Below, in pieces: positions 1-21,962 of a stretch of DNA of 64,000 bases. The position numbers and the translations under genes are program-made. Below the pieces are notes generated by a model. That model was not told the DNA's origin, searched no databases, and was given only the letters and a program-made list of their open reading frames with translations. Positions within the stretch are counted from its first letter, which is position 1; each line of letters starts with the position of its first letter. The stretch is taken from the NCBI RefSeq assembly GCF_009914755.1, contig NC_060947.1; one strand, written 5' to 3'. Source of the stretch: the human T2T-CHM13v2.0 reference genome, Homo sapiens.

Positions 1-855
1 AACTACATTTTTACTACATACAGATGTAATTGTATGTAATTATGTTTTTGATATCATGATTTACATCTTTTTATATTGTGAATCCACTAACAATTTATTA
101 TAACTATAGCTATTTTTAATATTTTATTTAATATTTTATTTTAACATTTTATTTTAATAACCTTTATACTAGAGTTATGAGTGATTTATATACCACTATT
201 ACAATATTAGAGTATTTCTATTTGTTTATATATTTATTTTTACTAGCGAATTTTACACTTTTATATACTTTCATGTTACTAATTAGCATCCTTTCATTTC
301 AGCTTGAAGAAGTCACTTTAGTATTTATAATAAGGCAGGCCGAGTGGTGATGAACACCCTTAGCTTTTCTTTGTCTGGAGAAGTCTTTATCACTCCTTTA
401 TCTCTGAAGGACATCCTTGCTGGGTAAGGTATTCTTGGTTATAAGGTTTTTGTTTGTTTGTTTGTTTGTTTGTTTTGGCACTTTGAATATATCATCCTAC
501 TTTCTCCTGACCTGCAAAGATTCTGCTGACAAACATGTTGATAGTCTTATGGTGTTTCCTTGTATCTGAGAAACATATTTTCTCTTGCTGCCTTCAAAAT
601 TCTCTCTTTGTTTTTGATTTTTGACAATTTGATTATAACATGTCTTGGTGAAGACTTCTTTGGGTTGAACCTGATTGAAAACCTTTGAGCTTCATGTAAC
701 TGGATGTCTAGATCTCTCTCCAGATTTGAAGGTTTGGGGCCATTATTTCTTTAAATGAGCTCTCTGCCCATTTCTTCCCCTCTTCTCATTCTAAAAATCC
801 TATATTGCTAATGTTAGCTCCCTTGATGTTGTTCCATAAATCTCAAAGACTTGCC
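1..855 (-). mobile_element. Old LINE-1 (L1M) fragment: ORF1 3' half and inter-ORF region
   Basis: Reverse complement resembles the ORF1 C-terminus and spacer of the + strand L1s at 8300-8760 and 24500-25040 (e.g. tttgtctggagaagtctttat, tctctgaaggacatccttgctgggtaagg). Confidence 0.8.
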
Positions 856-2699
856 AATTATTTTATTTATGAAGGGAAGGTTAGGCTCCTGATAAAGCCA
901 GTATATAATTGAAAATGGCTATGCTCCAGGATTCTGCAGGAAAAGTTTTAATAACACTCCTGTAATAGTTAATTTAGTAATTTCTTCAGAAACTTGTGCG
1001 ATATGTTCTGCTTTTCCCAACAATTTCTGTTATAATCACAATATTTTCTGTTCCATGTTTTATCCAAAGATTATCAAATGCATAGGTTGTTACAGAAAGA
1101 AGTTTTCCTATCCACCTAGGCTATAGACATGTCAATGAGCTGATCATGCCTTTGACAGGAAGCTGAATCTCACTTACACAAGTTGCTGGTCTATGAAAGA
1201 AGAGGATTAATGCTATGTCAGTTAAGTGGCATGCTCTAGTTTGTAATGTAAATCCCATAGAGTTTTTAAATCACAGCATTTATTTTTACACTGAAATGGG
1301 AGAATATAAATAGTTAGATTTCTATGTAATGACTTCACCAACTATTTTGCCAGTCAGTGAAAAGTTCTTCCTTCACTTGTTTGTTATGAATGATACTAGA
1401 TTCTCTGCCAATTCAGTAACAATTACCCCACATTGCCATCTAAAAGAATCCCACTTATAATAGATTATGAACAAACGTGAACTGAATTAATGAATGATGT
1501 GTTTTTCTTGTTTATTTTTCATGGAGCGTACAGGGTCATAAATAAATAGTTTATATCACAATCTGGCCACCAAGAAATTAAATCCATCATCATTAAAGTG
1601 ATAAGTCAGATGCCAAAAAGCAGATGGACAGTGGCATGATGAGGCCTTTTATGAACGTGGCTTATATTTATTCCTAGCCAAAGACATGATATGTAGGAGT
1701 TCAGACCAAAAAAGCTTGGCAAGAGTGAGGATTAGACCATTAGAAGTAACATGTCTTCCTCTGCTCAATTTCTTTATTTTCTCCTTTAAGCAATTGACCT
1801 CCTCTTAACACCAATTCCTGAATGAAGTCTTTATACTGGGATGTAATGTTTTTTAACAAAGCCACAAAGCTTGGGTTTGTTGAGACTGAGCTAAATACTT
1901 ATTGCTCTCTGTTGCCCCTTGTGGATAGACAGAGGGAATATGACATAGATTTCCTGATAAATTAATATAAGAAACAGCTTCATAAAAGGAGATGAAATAA
2001 TCAGGGATTGAAGAGTCTTAGCATCTGTAGTAGCCAATAAACAAGGGCAGAATCAGTGTTAGGTTTAGATAGCTTGCTTAAGGATGGTAGGGGCTTGGGC
2101 CACTGGAGCCCTTGCCCTGACTACTTTCTCTTGTCTTCTTTCATAGACTTTGTCAACCCTGTTTTTCTCTCCTTCTTCAGAAATGTGTTGAAACATCTAT
2201 AAACTCCAACCTGAACAGCCCACACACTTGGGTAACAGTGTCTGTTCCTGGCATACTCAGAAATTACTGGACAGTCTTTGTAGCAGATTCAAATTCCTAT
2301 CTTTCTGCAGTCTTCCTGCTGTCTAAATTTCTTAACTGAATTTGAAGAATTGTGTGGATTCTTATGATCTACTACAAAACATGGCCTGGTCCCAGACCCC
2401 AGCACTACCAAGTTCTGATGTAACTTACCTCATCTTAAAGGCCAAGTCTGCTTCTAAGCCTGCTTCCCATCAAGTCTTTTTATGTGTGCCTTATTTGTAC
2501 CAAAAGTGGGTTGTCAGTATTGGAGCCACGAGATTTCCATGCTGACTGGTATGCAACTAACAACATAGGAATTATTCAAGAAAAAAGAAATTAGGGAATA
2601 ATAGACACATCCTGAACTTCATTTCTCCACATGTTTCCGTAGGACAGCTATCCCTATACTTCCAACTAGTGAAGCCTCTACACCTAATAGTAAAAAACA

Positions 2700-2885
2700 A
2701 ATATGGGCACCGTTTATTGAATAGGTACTAGGTGCTTGGCACTTAACACAAAACCCTATGAGGTAGATAATATGAGTACCACTTTAATATTGGAGGACAT
2801 GAAGCTCAGAGAGGGTACAATACTTGCTGAAGATTACAGAGTTAGCTTGTGGCAGAACAGGGATTCAAAACTACGTCTGTCTGAT
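2700..2885 (-). mobile_element. MIR SINE
   Basis: aaccctatgaggtag...gaagctcagagagggt...ggattcaaaact, an antisense MIR core. Confidence 0.75.
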
Positions 2886-2889
2886 TGGT

Positions 2890-5745
2890 GACATTAGCAA
2901 GATGGTAGACTAGGAAGTCCCATTCTTTGTCTTGCCATGGAAATAACAAAAAGCTATGATATTTAGGCCAAGATACCTTTAGGAGAACTCCATAGTCAAG
3001 TTAAGAAGTTACAACAACTCAGATGAGCACAAAACCAAGTAAAACTGTTTTGAAAGAAGAGCAGTTTCACTTATCTGTGTCATGCCGTCCTACAAGCCTG
3101 CACAGCTCAATGTCATAAGAAAGCCGCTCAGCCCATGATTTCTCCCCATGGTAAATAAAGTGTGAAGTAGACGTGCAACATCCTCAGCCTTTCAGGGCAC
3201 TGCCAAGAGATCTACTTTTGTCTTAACTCACTCACAATGGTGAAGCAACTAGCATAGCTAGAATGCTTAAAGAAAGCTAAAAAAGAAAAGAAAAGAGAAA
3301 AGAAAAGAAAAGGAGGTCTCATTGGCTAGAAGGGCTCTGCAAGATTGAGAGAAGGTGTACAGTCTTGAGACTTCTCCCTCAGGAGAAAGAGCGAGAAGTG
3401 GAATTTACACCAAGCCTCCAAGTATTCCAGTGTTTCCTTGTAGGAAAAGGTGGGTGGGTAGCTCTCAGCAGCCTGCAAAGCATTGCAAGATTGAGAAAAC
3501 ATGCACAGTCCTGAGACTTCTTTAGGAGAGAGGGAGAGAAGTGGAGCTTAAACCAAATGACCTGGCATTTTAGGCGCTGTCTTAAGGAAGAGGGGAAGGA
3601 GGGCCTCAGCAGTCAGCACAGCTCTGTGGGATAGACAGGAAGCTCACAATCCAGAATCTTCTTATTCAAGAAGAAGGGAGATAAGTGGAATTTATACAAA
3701 GCATTCCAGTGTACTCACCAAGGGAAAAGGGGTGGGTGGCTCTCAGCAGCAGACATAATTCTTCAGGATAGGTAAAAGGCACACAACCCAGAATCTTCTT
3801 CAGGAGGAAGAGAGAGAAGTGGAGGTTGAACCCAACATCCTGGCATTTTAGTGCACTGCCTTAGAGAACAGGAATGGAGGTTTACAGCAGCCTTCATGGA
3901 ATGACAACATTTGGAGAAGGCAATAAAATCCCTGAGGCTTCTCCCCCAGGATGGAGTGGAAAAAGTGGAGCGTGCACACCCATAGAGAATGTTTGAGAGG
4001 CTTCCAGACTCTCTAGCCAGGCTGACTGGTGAAGGTCTTTACTTGATTTCTTTTTTAAGTTCATAAAGACTGGAAGAGGTGGTTGCTTCTTCAAATGTGC
4101 ATATACCAGGGCAAAGGTACCAGGAATATGAAGAATCAAGGAAATATTATACAACTAAAGAACAAAATAAATCTCCAATAACTGACCATAAAGAAATGGA
4201 GATCTAATAATTGCCTGACAAAGAATTTGAAATAATTGTATTTAAGAAAGTCAGTGAGCTACAAGAGAACACAGATAACTGAACATAATCAGGAAAACAA
4301 GACATGAAAAAAAATGAGAATATCAACAAAGAGATAGAAACCATTAAAAAAGAATTAAATAGAAATTCTGGAGATAAAAATACAATAAGCAAATTGAAAA
4401 ACTCAGTGGAGAGATTCAACAGAAGATTTGATCAAGCAGAAAAAAAGAATCAGTGAACTATAAAATGGGTCATTTGAAATTATCCAGTCAGAGCAGAAAA
4501 AGAATTAAAAAGAGCAATAAAGCGTACAAGACTTATGAGGCACAAGCAACCCAATATATGTATTATGAATATCCCAGAAGAAAGGGCCAGAAAGCTTATT
4601 TACAGAAATAATTACTGAAAAATATAGTAAAGGTAAATATATAAACAAATATAGAGATACTATAATACTCTAATAGTGGTATGTAAATCACTTTTAATTT
4701 TAGTATAAAAGCTAAAAGATAAAAACATTAAGAATATAGCTACAAAAATTTATTAATTGATTAATGCCATGTATCTTCTGTGACCACAATGGTATGAAAC
4801 TAGAAATCAACAAGAGGAGGAAAACTGGAAAACTCACAAATATGTGGAAACATAGCAACACATAATGAGCAAAAGAAAAAATTAAAATGGAAGTTATAAA
4901 ATAGCTTGTGACAAATGTAAATGAAAACACAACATATCAAAGCTTATGGGATGCAGTAAAAGCAATATTAAGAGAGAAATTTATAACAATAAATACCTAC
5001 ATTAAAAAAGAAGAAAGCCTCAAATGAAAAACTTAATGTTATACCTCAATGAACTAGAAACAAAAGAAAAAACTAAGCCCAAAATTAGCAGAAGGAAGGA
5101 AATAATAAAGATTAGATCAGAAGTAAATGAGACTGGAGAAACAAAAATCATTGAATCCAAGAGCTGATTTTTTAAAGATAAAAAATGGGCAAACATTTAG
5201 ATAGCCTAACTAAAGAAAAAAGAGAGAAAAGTCAAATAAATAAAATCATAAAGGAAAGAAAAGATATTAAAACTGATACCACAGAAATAAAAAGGATCAT
5301 AAGAGACTGTATATACAGTTACATGCCAACATATTGGATAACCTAAAAGAAATGGATAAATTCCTGGATACATACAATCTACCAAGACCAAATCATGAAG
5401 AAATAGGGAATCTGAACAGACCAAGAATAAATAATGTTATTGAATCAGAAATCAGAAACCTCTCAAGAAACAAAAGTCCAGGACCAGATAGCTTCACTAG
5501 TGAATTCTACTAAGCATGTAAAGAAGAATTAACACCAATCCTTCTCAAACTCCTTCAAAACATTGAAGAGAAGGGAACACTTCCAAATTCATTTTATGAC
5601 GCCAACATTACCCTGATACCAAAGCCAGAGAAAGGCACTTTAAGGAAAGAAAATTACAGTACAAAATCCCTGATGAACATAGATGTAAAAATCCTCAACA
5701 AATACTCGCAAACTGAATTCAAAGTACATTAAAAAGATTATATAT
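2890..5745 (+). mobile_element. Old L1 (L1MA4-8-like), 5' part: 5'UTR with monomer array, deleted ORF1, ORF2
   Basis: Starts gcaagatgg; ORF1-like at 4150-4620; ORF2-like at 4760-5745; sequence resumes seamlessly at 13618 after a nested L1. Confidence 0.85.
3330..3990 (+). repeat. Degenerate ~140-bp tandem monomer array (5 units) in an L1 5'UTR
   Basis: aagtgga anchor at ~3394, 3537, 3681, 3815 and 3961, each preceded by cttct...aggag. Confidence 0.8.
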
Positions 5746-7599
5746 AGATGAGGCAGAGCAAGATGGCAAAATAGAAAGCTCCACCAATCATTCTCCGACA
5801 AGGACACCAATTTAACAGCTATCTACACAGAAAGACATCTTCATAAGAACCAAAAATCTGCTGAGCACTTATAGTACCTGGTTTTAACTTCATATTGCTA
5901 TAAAAGGCACTGAAGAGATAGAAAAAAACAGCCCTGAATCGCTGATGCCACTCATCCCCCCACCCCTGGCAGTGCCAACATGGTGCAGAGAGTGTCTCTG
6001 GGCATTGTGGGAGGGAGAATATACCAACTGTGAGGCATTGAACTTATTAATAGTGCTGTCCTGTTAGAGAAGAAAGGAAAACCAGACAAAACTCAGCTGG
6101 TGTCCACTCATGGAAGGAGTATTTCAACCAGCCCTAGTCAGAGGGGAATCACGCATCCCAGTGGTCCAAACATGAGTGCCTGAAAACCTCGCCACCAAGG
6201 GCTATAGCACTCTATATCTCCAAGTGAACTTGAAAGGCAATCCAGGCGATAAGGACTGCAAATATTGGGTAAGTCCTAGTGAGTGCTGAACTAGGCCCAG
6301 CGACAGTGGACTGTGGCAGGGCACATGACATACTGAGACACTACCTGGGGCAGCCAAGGGACTGCTGGCATCACGCCTCCCCTAACCCAAGGCTGCACAG
6401 CTCATGGCTCCAAAAAAGACCCCTTTCTTCCACTTGAGGATAGGAGAGGGAAGAATGGGGAGGACTTTGTCTTGCATCTAGGATACCAGCTCAGCCACAG
6501 CAGGATAAGTAAGCCACCAGTCAGAGTTGTGAGGCCCCCATTCCAGGCCCTAGCTCCCAGAAGACATCTCTAGACAAATCCTGGGCCAGAAGGGAACCTG
6601 CTGTCTTCAAGGAAAGGACCCAGTCCTGTCAGCATTCATCACCTGCTAACTGAAGAGCCCTCGGCCCCTGAATAACCAGCAGTGATACCCAAGTACTACA
6701 TCAAGGGCCAAGTACTACATCATGAGCCTCTGAGACCTGCTGACTTCAGGTACCAGCACAGCCACAGGGGAGTAGAGCACTGATTGGGCTTTTGGGGTCC
6801 CTGATTCCAGGACTTGATTCTTGGATGGCATTTCTGGACTTGCCCTAGGCCAGAGGGGAGTCCACTGCCCTGAAGTGTGAGTCCCAGGCCAGGCAGCATT
6901 CATGACAAGCTGACTTAAGAGACCTTGAGCCTTAAGGGAACATCTATGGTAGTCTGGCAGTACTCCTCACAGCCTAGGGTGGTGGTGGCTAAGAGGCGAG
7001 GCTCTGATTTTGAAAAGAGGAGGGAAGAGTGAAAAGGACTGCATCTTGTGGTTTGAGGGCTAGCTCAGCTGCAATACAATAGGACACCAGGTAGACTTCT
7101 AAGTTTTTGACTCTAGTCCACGACTCCTGGGTGACACTTATGGACCCAGATGGGTCCTGGGTGACCTTGTTGCCCTGAAGGAAAGGGGACAAGCCTGGCT
7201 GGCTTTTTCACCTGCTCATTGTCGTCCCAGGGCCTTGAGTGAACATAGGCAGTAGTCAGGGAGTGGTTACAGCAGGCCTTGGGTGATACCCAGTGTTGTG
7301 CTGGCTTCAGGTCTCACTCAATGCAGTAATAGTAGTGGTGGCCATAGGGGTGCTTGTGTCACTCGACTCCCAGCTTTAGGTGGCTCAAAACAGAGAGAGA
7401 GACTGTATGTTTGGGAGAAAGTACAAGAAAAGAACAAGAGTCTCTGCCTGGTAATCCAGAGAATTCTCTCAGATCTTGTCCAAGACCAGCAAGGCAGTAC
7501 TTTCAAGAGTCTGCAAGAACCATGGTGTTACTGGGGTGTCCCCTAAAGAGGATAGAGCTTAGATCACAACACCCAAGTCCTTTAAAATATATGGAAAGC

Positions 7600-8645
7600 C
7601 TTCCCAATAATGATGGCTACAAATAAGCTCAAACAGTGAAGACTACAATAAATACCTAACTCTTTAATATTTAGACACCAAACAACATCTGCTAGCATCA
7701 ACACCATCTTGGAAAACATGACCTTACCAAATAAACTAAATAAGGCACCAGGGACCAATCCTGGAGAAACAGAGATATGTGACCTTTCAGACAGATAATT
7801 CAAAATAGCTGTACTGATGAAACTCAAAGAAATTCAAGATAACACAGAGAAGGAATTCAGAATTCTGTCAGATAAATTTAACAAAGAGGTTAAAATAATT
7901 TACAAGAATCCAGCAGAAATTCTGGAGCTGAAAAATGAAATTGGGATATTGAAGAATACATCAGGGTCCTTTAATAGGAGAATTAATCAAGCAGAAGAAA
8001 GAGACAGTGAACTTGAAGACAGGCTTGAAATTCATATTTGAATTTGAAAATATGTAGTCAGAGGATAAAAAAAGAAAAAAGAATAAAAAACAATGAAGTG
8101 TGCCTACAGGATCTAGAAAATAGCCTCAAAGGGGCAAATCTAAGAGTTATTAGCCTTGAAGGGGCAGACAAAGAGATAGGGGTAGAAAGTTTATTCAAAG
8201 GAATAATAGCAGAGAACTTCCCAAATGTAGAGAAAGATATTAATATCAAAGTACAAGAAGGTTATAGAACAGAAAGCAGATTTAACCCAAAGAAGACTAT
8301 CTTAGGCATTTAATAGTCAAATTTCTAAAGGTCAAGGATAAAGAAAGGGTTCTAAAAGCAGCAAGAGAAAATAAATAACATAAAATGGAACTCCAATATG
8401 TCTGGCAGCAGACTTTTCAGTGGAAACCTTACAGGCCAGGAGACAGTGGCATGGCATATTTAAAGTGCCAAAGAAGAAAAACTTTTACCCTGGAATAGTA
8501 TAGCTAGTGAAAATATCCTTCAAACATGAGGGAGAAATAAGGGCTTCCCCAGACAAACAAAAGCTGAGGGATTTTATCGATACCTGACTTGTCCTACAAG
8601 AAATCCTAAAGAGAGTACTTCAATCAGAAAGGAAATGACATTAAT
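7600..8645 (+). pseudogene. L1 ORF1p remnant (stops and frameshifts)
   Basis: ORF-track peptides ...EILELKN...RINQAEER..., ...NLRVI...ENFPNVEKD...RFNPKK. Confidence 0.85.
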
Positions 8646-9124
8646 GAGCAATAAATAATCATCCGAAGGTACAAAACTCACTGGTAATAGTGAGGACACA
8701 GAAAAACACAGAATATTATAAAACTGTTACTGTGGTGTGTAAACTACTCTTCTCCTAAGTAGAAAGATTAAATGATGAACCAATCAAAAATATTAACTAC
8801 AACAACTTTTCAAGACATAGTACAATAAGCTATAAATAGAAACAACAAAACGTTAAAATGTGGGGGGATGAAGTTAAAGCATAGAATTTTTATTAGTTTT
8901 CTTTTTGTTTATGCAAATAGAGTTAAGTTGTTATCAGGCTAAAATAATGGGTATAGATAATATTTGCAATCCTCGTGGTAACCTCAAACCAAAAAATCAT
9001 ACAATGGATACACAAAAAATAAAAAGCAAGAAACTAAATCATATCGCTAGAGAAAATAACCGTCACTAAAGGAAGACAGGAAGGAAAGAAAAAAAGAAGA
9101 CAAGATCAGAAAACAAATAACAAA

Positions 9125-13240
<4,116 letters not shown>

Positions 13241-14179
13241 GACAATTGAACTCATGGAGACAGAAAGTAGAAGGAGGGTTACCAGAGGCTGGGAAGGGTA
13301 ATAGGGGACTGGCAAGGAGATGGGGATGGTTAATGGGTGCAAAAAAATAAGAAGAATGAATAAAACCTACTATTTGATAGCACAATAGGGTGACTATAGT
13401 CAATAATAATTGTACATTTTTAAAAAACTTAGAGTGTAATTGGATTGTTTGTAACTCAAAGGATAAATGTTTCAGGGGATGGGTACCCCATTCTCCATGA
13501 TGTGCTTATTTTACATTGCATGCCTGTATCAAAACACCTCATGTATCCCATAAATATATACACCTTTTATGTACCCACAAAAATAAAAAAATAAACAAAA
13601 ATATTTTTAAAAATAAGAAAAAGATTATACATCATGACCGGATGGGATTTATCCTTGGTATGCAAGGTTGGCCCAACATATGCAAATCAATTATGCATGC
13701 ACCACATGAATAGAATGAAAAATAAAAATCACCTGATTATCTCAATAGATGCAGAAAAAGCATTTGACTAAATTCAACACCGTTTATTATAAAAATTCTT
13801 AACAACGGTATGGAAGAACTGTATTTCAACGTAATAAAGGCCATATATGACAAGCCCACACCTGACATTATACTAAATGGAGAAAAATTGAAAGTGTTTC
13901 CTCTAAGATCAGCAATAAGACAGGTATGCCCACTCTTGCCACCTCGATTCAACATACTGCTGGAAGTCCTATCCAGAGCAATTAAATATTTAAAAAGAAA
14001 TAAAAATAATCCAAATGGGAAAGGAAGACGTAAAATTGTCTCTGTTTGCAGATGATATTATTCTATATATACAAAACCTTAAAAATTCTGCAAAAAATCT
14101 GTTTGAACTAATAAATGAGCTCAATAAAGTAGTTGTGTTTCTACACACTAACAACAAACCATCCAAAAAGCAATTAAGG

Positions 14180-14693
<514 letters not shown>

Positions 14694-15249
14694 CTACGAA
14701 ATTAATGCTAAAATAGGAAAAGCAATAATAAAATTCACATAGATCCACAAAAGACCAAGAATGGCCAAAATCAACAGAGTAAAAAGGCAATCTACAAAAG
14801 GGGAGAAATATTTGCAAACCATATATCTGGTAAGAGATTATTTGCCAAAATATATAAGGAACTCCTTCAACTCTAAAGCAAAACATAAATAAATAAATAA
14901 ATAGTCAAAGGACTTGAACATATATTTCTCCAAAGAAGGCATATAAATGACCAACAGGCATGTAAATAGATGTTCAACATCGTTATCAGGGAAGTGCAAA
15001 TCAAAACTAGAATGAGATCTCACCTTATACCTGCTTTCATAGCTATTATACTATATAAAAAATAAGATAAAATGTGCCGGCAAAATGGAGAAATTGGGAC
15101 TCTGTACACTGTCGGTTGGGAGTATACAATGGTGCAACAGCTATGGAAAGCAATATGGATAGTCCTCAAAATATTAAAATTAGAGCTAACATATGATCCA
15201 GCTATCTCACTTCTGTGTATATATACAAAGGAATTGAAATAAAGATCTT

Positions 15250-15300
15250 TAAAAATTTATTTTTTATGTTTCATTTTTTTACAAACCCAGGCTGGGTGGA
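15250..15300 (-). other. 51-bp poly(A)-tailed micro-insertion with 14-bp TSD
   Basis: gaaataaagatctt at 15236-15249 and 15301-15314; T-rich tract followed by acaaacccaggctgggtgga. Confidence 0.7.
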
Positions 15301-15663
15301 GAAATAAAGATCTTAAAGAGGTCTGCATTCTCATGTTCACTGCAGCAGTATTCATAATAGCTAATATAAAGAAATAACCCACATGTCTATTGACAGATGA
15401 ATGGATAAAGAAAATGTGGTATATGCACTCAATGGAATATTATTCAGCTTTAAAAAGGAAGAAAATCCTATCTCAAAATAGCTAAAGGGGGATTTTCTAT
15501 GCTCCCACCACCAAGAAATGATAAATGTTTGAGGTGATAGATATGCTAATTACCCCAATTCAATTATTTGTTACACAATGTATATGTGTATTGAAACATC
15601 ACATTGTACCCCATAAATATATACAATTATTATGTGTCAGGTAAAAACAGCATTTTTAAAAAG

Positions 15664-16039
15664 GTGTTAGGTATGTATATTGTATGCCTAGAATAACCAC
15701 TTAAAAAACTATACAATGATATATGCTCAAAAACACTGTAGATAAATAAATATTTACTTGTAAAAAGTGTTCAGATATGTTGCAGGAATGTATGGAGAAG
15801 AAAACAGAGGAACAAAAAAGAAAACAAGCAAGATGACATGAAAAATGGCAGCATAGAGGAAACCAGGGTTCTACCATACGCCAAAAGTAACTAATGAATT
15901 GGCAAAAACTGTCAGAATGAACTTTTACAGAACTCCAGAATATACTAAAAAATTACTATGACTAGGAAAATGATTAATTTTTTAAAACCCCTGCTTCTCT
16001 GTAGTAAGAGTGTTGTGGTATTTAAAATTGCTTGCTTAC
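15664..16039 (+). mobile_element. Ancient L1M fragments (spacer piece and the start of a 5'UTR that continues at 18734)
   Basis: L1 spacer-like sequence, then aaaatggcagc...ggcaaaaactgtcagaat 5'UTR; interrupted by an L1PA with TSD. Confidence 0.6.
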
Positions 16040-18733
<2,694 letters not shown>

Positions 18734-19260
18734 AAAAATGCTTGCTTACCATCCCCCACACCCCAGATGGTGGCAGCTGTGAGAATGGCAGCCTGTACTC
18801 TTAGTGCAAGTTCCCAGTGCCAGAGGAAGCAATATAGACCTTATCCTCAAAGAATTGTAGTTGTGAGTCTCAACCTGTCTGGCAGCTTCCTTAAGGACTA
18901 GCACAAAAGTTTGCCTTTGTTTTGCCTCACTCAGAGCTTTCCCAGGGCTGGAACGGCTTCTCATGTGGCTTTTGCTGAAATCATTTAAAGCACAGATATT
19001 GTCTTCCATAGTCTGGGTCAAGGGACAACAGTGAACAGACAGACCAAAAAGCTAAAGAAAGTGGAGATTGAAAAAGGAGATACAGGCAGAAATAAGGGCT
19101 TTTGAAAGATGATTCATATAACGTGGAATTGAGAAAGTCACAGGTATACCCAAGGCTGGACATGTGCTCAGGAAAGACCTGAGAAGACCCTAATATTTCA
19201 GCTATGACTGGCTTTCAGTCTCCACATGAACAGGAAGTGAAAGATAAGACAGAATTTTAA

Positions 19261-20103
<843 letters not shown>

Positions 20104-21068
20104 TAACCACTATGGTAATAAGACACAGATGTCAGTGGCAACATATAAGAAAAAAATGCAGATTTTACAGATAGTTTAGAAAAGTCATGAAATAAGCCAA
20201 CAACAACAACTTATAAAAAACAGCAACAACAAACCATGGAGAAGGAGGAGAATCTTATGTCCACAGTTGCCACATTACAGTGCTCCAAATGTCTAGTATT
20301 CAACAAAAAATTATGAGGCATGCAGGAAAACAAGAAAATATGGTTGATTCACAGGAAAAAAAGACAAATTAATAGAAACTGTCTATGAGGAAGCCCAGGC
20401 ATTGGACTTACTAGACAAAGACTTTAAATGAAAATATGATCAAAGAGCTAAAGAAAACAAAGAACAAAAGAAAACCAGGAAATTGGTGTCTCAAAAAATA
20501 GGGAATGTCAGTAAAGAAGTAGAAATTACAGAAAGAAATCAAATGGAAATTCTGGAGCTGAAAAATATGGTAATGGAAATAAAAAATCACTACGTGGATT
20601 CCAACAGCAGATGTTAAATGGCCAAAAAAAAAAATGAATCAGTGAACATGAAGACAGGCCAATTGAGAGCATCCAATCTGAAAAGCAGGATGAGAAAAGA
20701 ATGAAAAAGAAAATGAACAGAGCCTAAAACCTGTGTGACACCATCAAGCATACTAGCATACATATAATAGGAGTTCTACTGGGAGAGAAGAGAAAGGACA
20801 GAAAGAATGTGTTAGAAATAGTGGCAAAATCTTCCCAAATTTGATGAAAGACATGAATTTACATATCCAGGAAGTTCAACAAATTTAAAAGATTCACACC
20901 TAAATACATTGTAGTCATATTGCTGAAAGCAAAAACAGAGAGGAAATCTTGAAAGTAGCAAGAAATAAGCTACTCATCACATATAGGGGATCTTCTATGA
21001 TTTTAACAGCTGATTCCTCTCTGAATCCAAGGAGGCCAAAAGAAAGTAGGATTTAAAGTACAGATCAT

Positions 21069-21353
21069 GGCCAGTCACAGTGGCTCATACTTGTAATTCC
21101 AGCACTTTAGGAGGCCAAGGTGGGAGGATCACTTGAGCCCAGGAGTTTGAGACCAGCTTGGGCAACATGGCAAAACCCTATCTCTACAAAAAATACAAAA
21201 ATTAGCCGACATGTTGGCATGCACCTGTAGTCCCAGCTACTCAGGAGGCTGAGGTGGGAGGATTGCCTGAGCCCAGAAGCTGCGATCATGCCACTGCACT
21301 CCAGCCTGGGTGACAGAGTGAGATCTTGTCTCAAAAATAAAAATACAAAATAA
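21069..21353 (+). mobile_element. AluJ
   Basis: Alu; TSD-like aaagtacagatcat / aaagtgcggatcat. Confidence 0.9.
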
Positions 21354-21962
21354 AAAGTGCGGATCATATATGTGATATGAGTCTTATATCCAGAGTTTAT
21401 GAAGAACTCTCCCAACTCAATAATAAAGACAAAAAAAACAATTTTTAAATGGTCAAACCATCTGAATAGTCATTTCTCCTCAGAAGATGTATGAATGACC
21501 AATAAGCACAGGAAAAGATTCCTAACAAAATTATTCATCTAAGAAATGCAAATCAAATCTGTAATAGAATGTGGTTCATACCCACTTCATGCTCACAAAA
21601 ATGACAATAATAAAACTGAAATAATAACAAGTGTCAATGGGGAAGTGGAGAAATTGGAACCTTCAAACATTGCCAGTGGGTATGTAGATGGGGCAACCAT
21701 GCTACAAAACGGTCTGTAAGTTTTTCAAAATGTTAAACATACAATTGCCATGTGATACAGTAATTCCACTTCTGGGGATATACCCAAAGGAACTGAAAAT
21801 GGTACTAAAATTAATGCTTCTAAAAAATGTTCATAGTAGCACTATTCACAATAAAATCCAAAGCAAGAAACAATTCAAATTCATAAAATAATGAATGAGT
21901 TAACAAAATATGATACATCATTAGAATGGAATATTATTGAGCTATAAAAAGGAATGAAGTGA

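Noticed and set aside
1330-1460. FTNYFAS / PHCHLKE resemblance to piggyBac transposase motifs
   Set aside because: The motifs are in different frames, their spacing and flanks do not fit, and no TTAA/TIR structure was seen
3330-3990. Regularly spaced repeats as a CRISPR-like array (also 22550-23300)
   Set aside because: Whole units are homologous with no unique spacers; eukaryotic L1 5'UTR context; no cas genes
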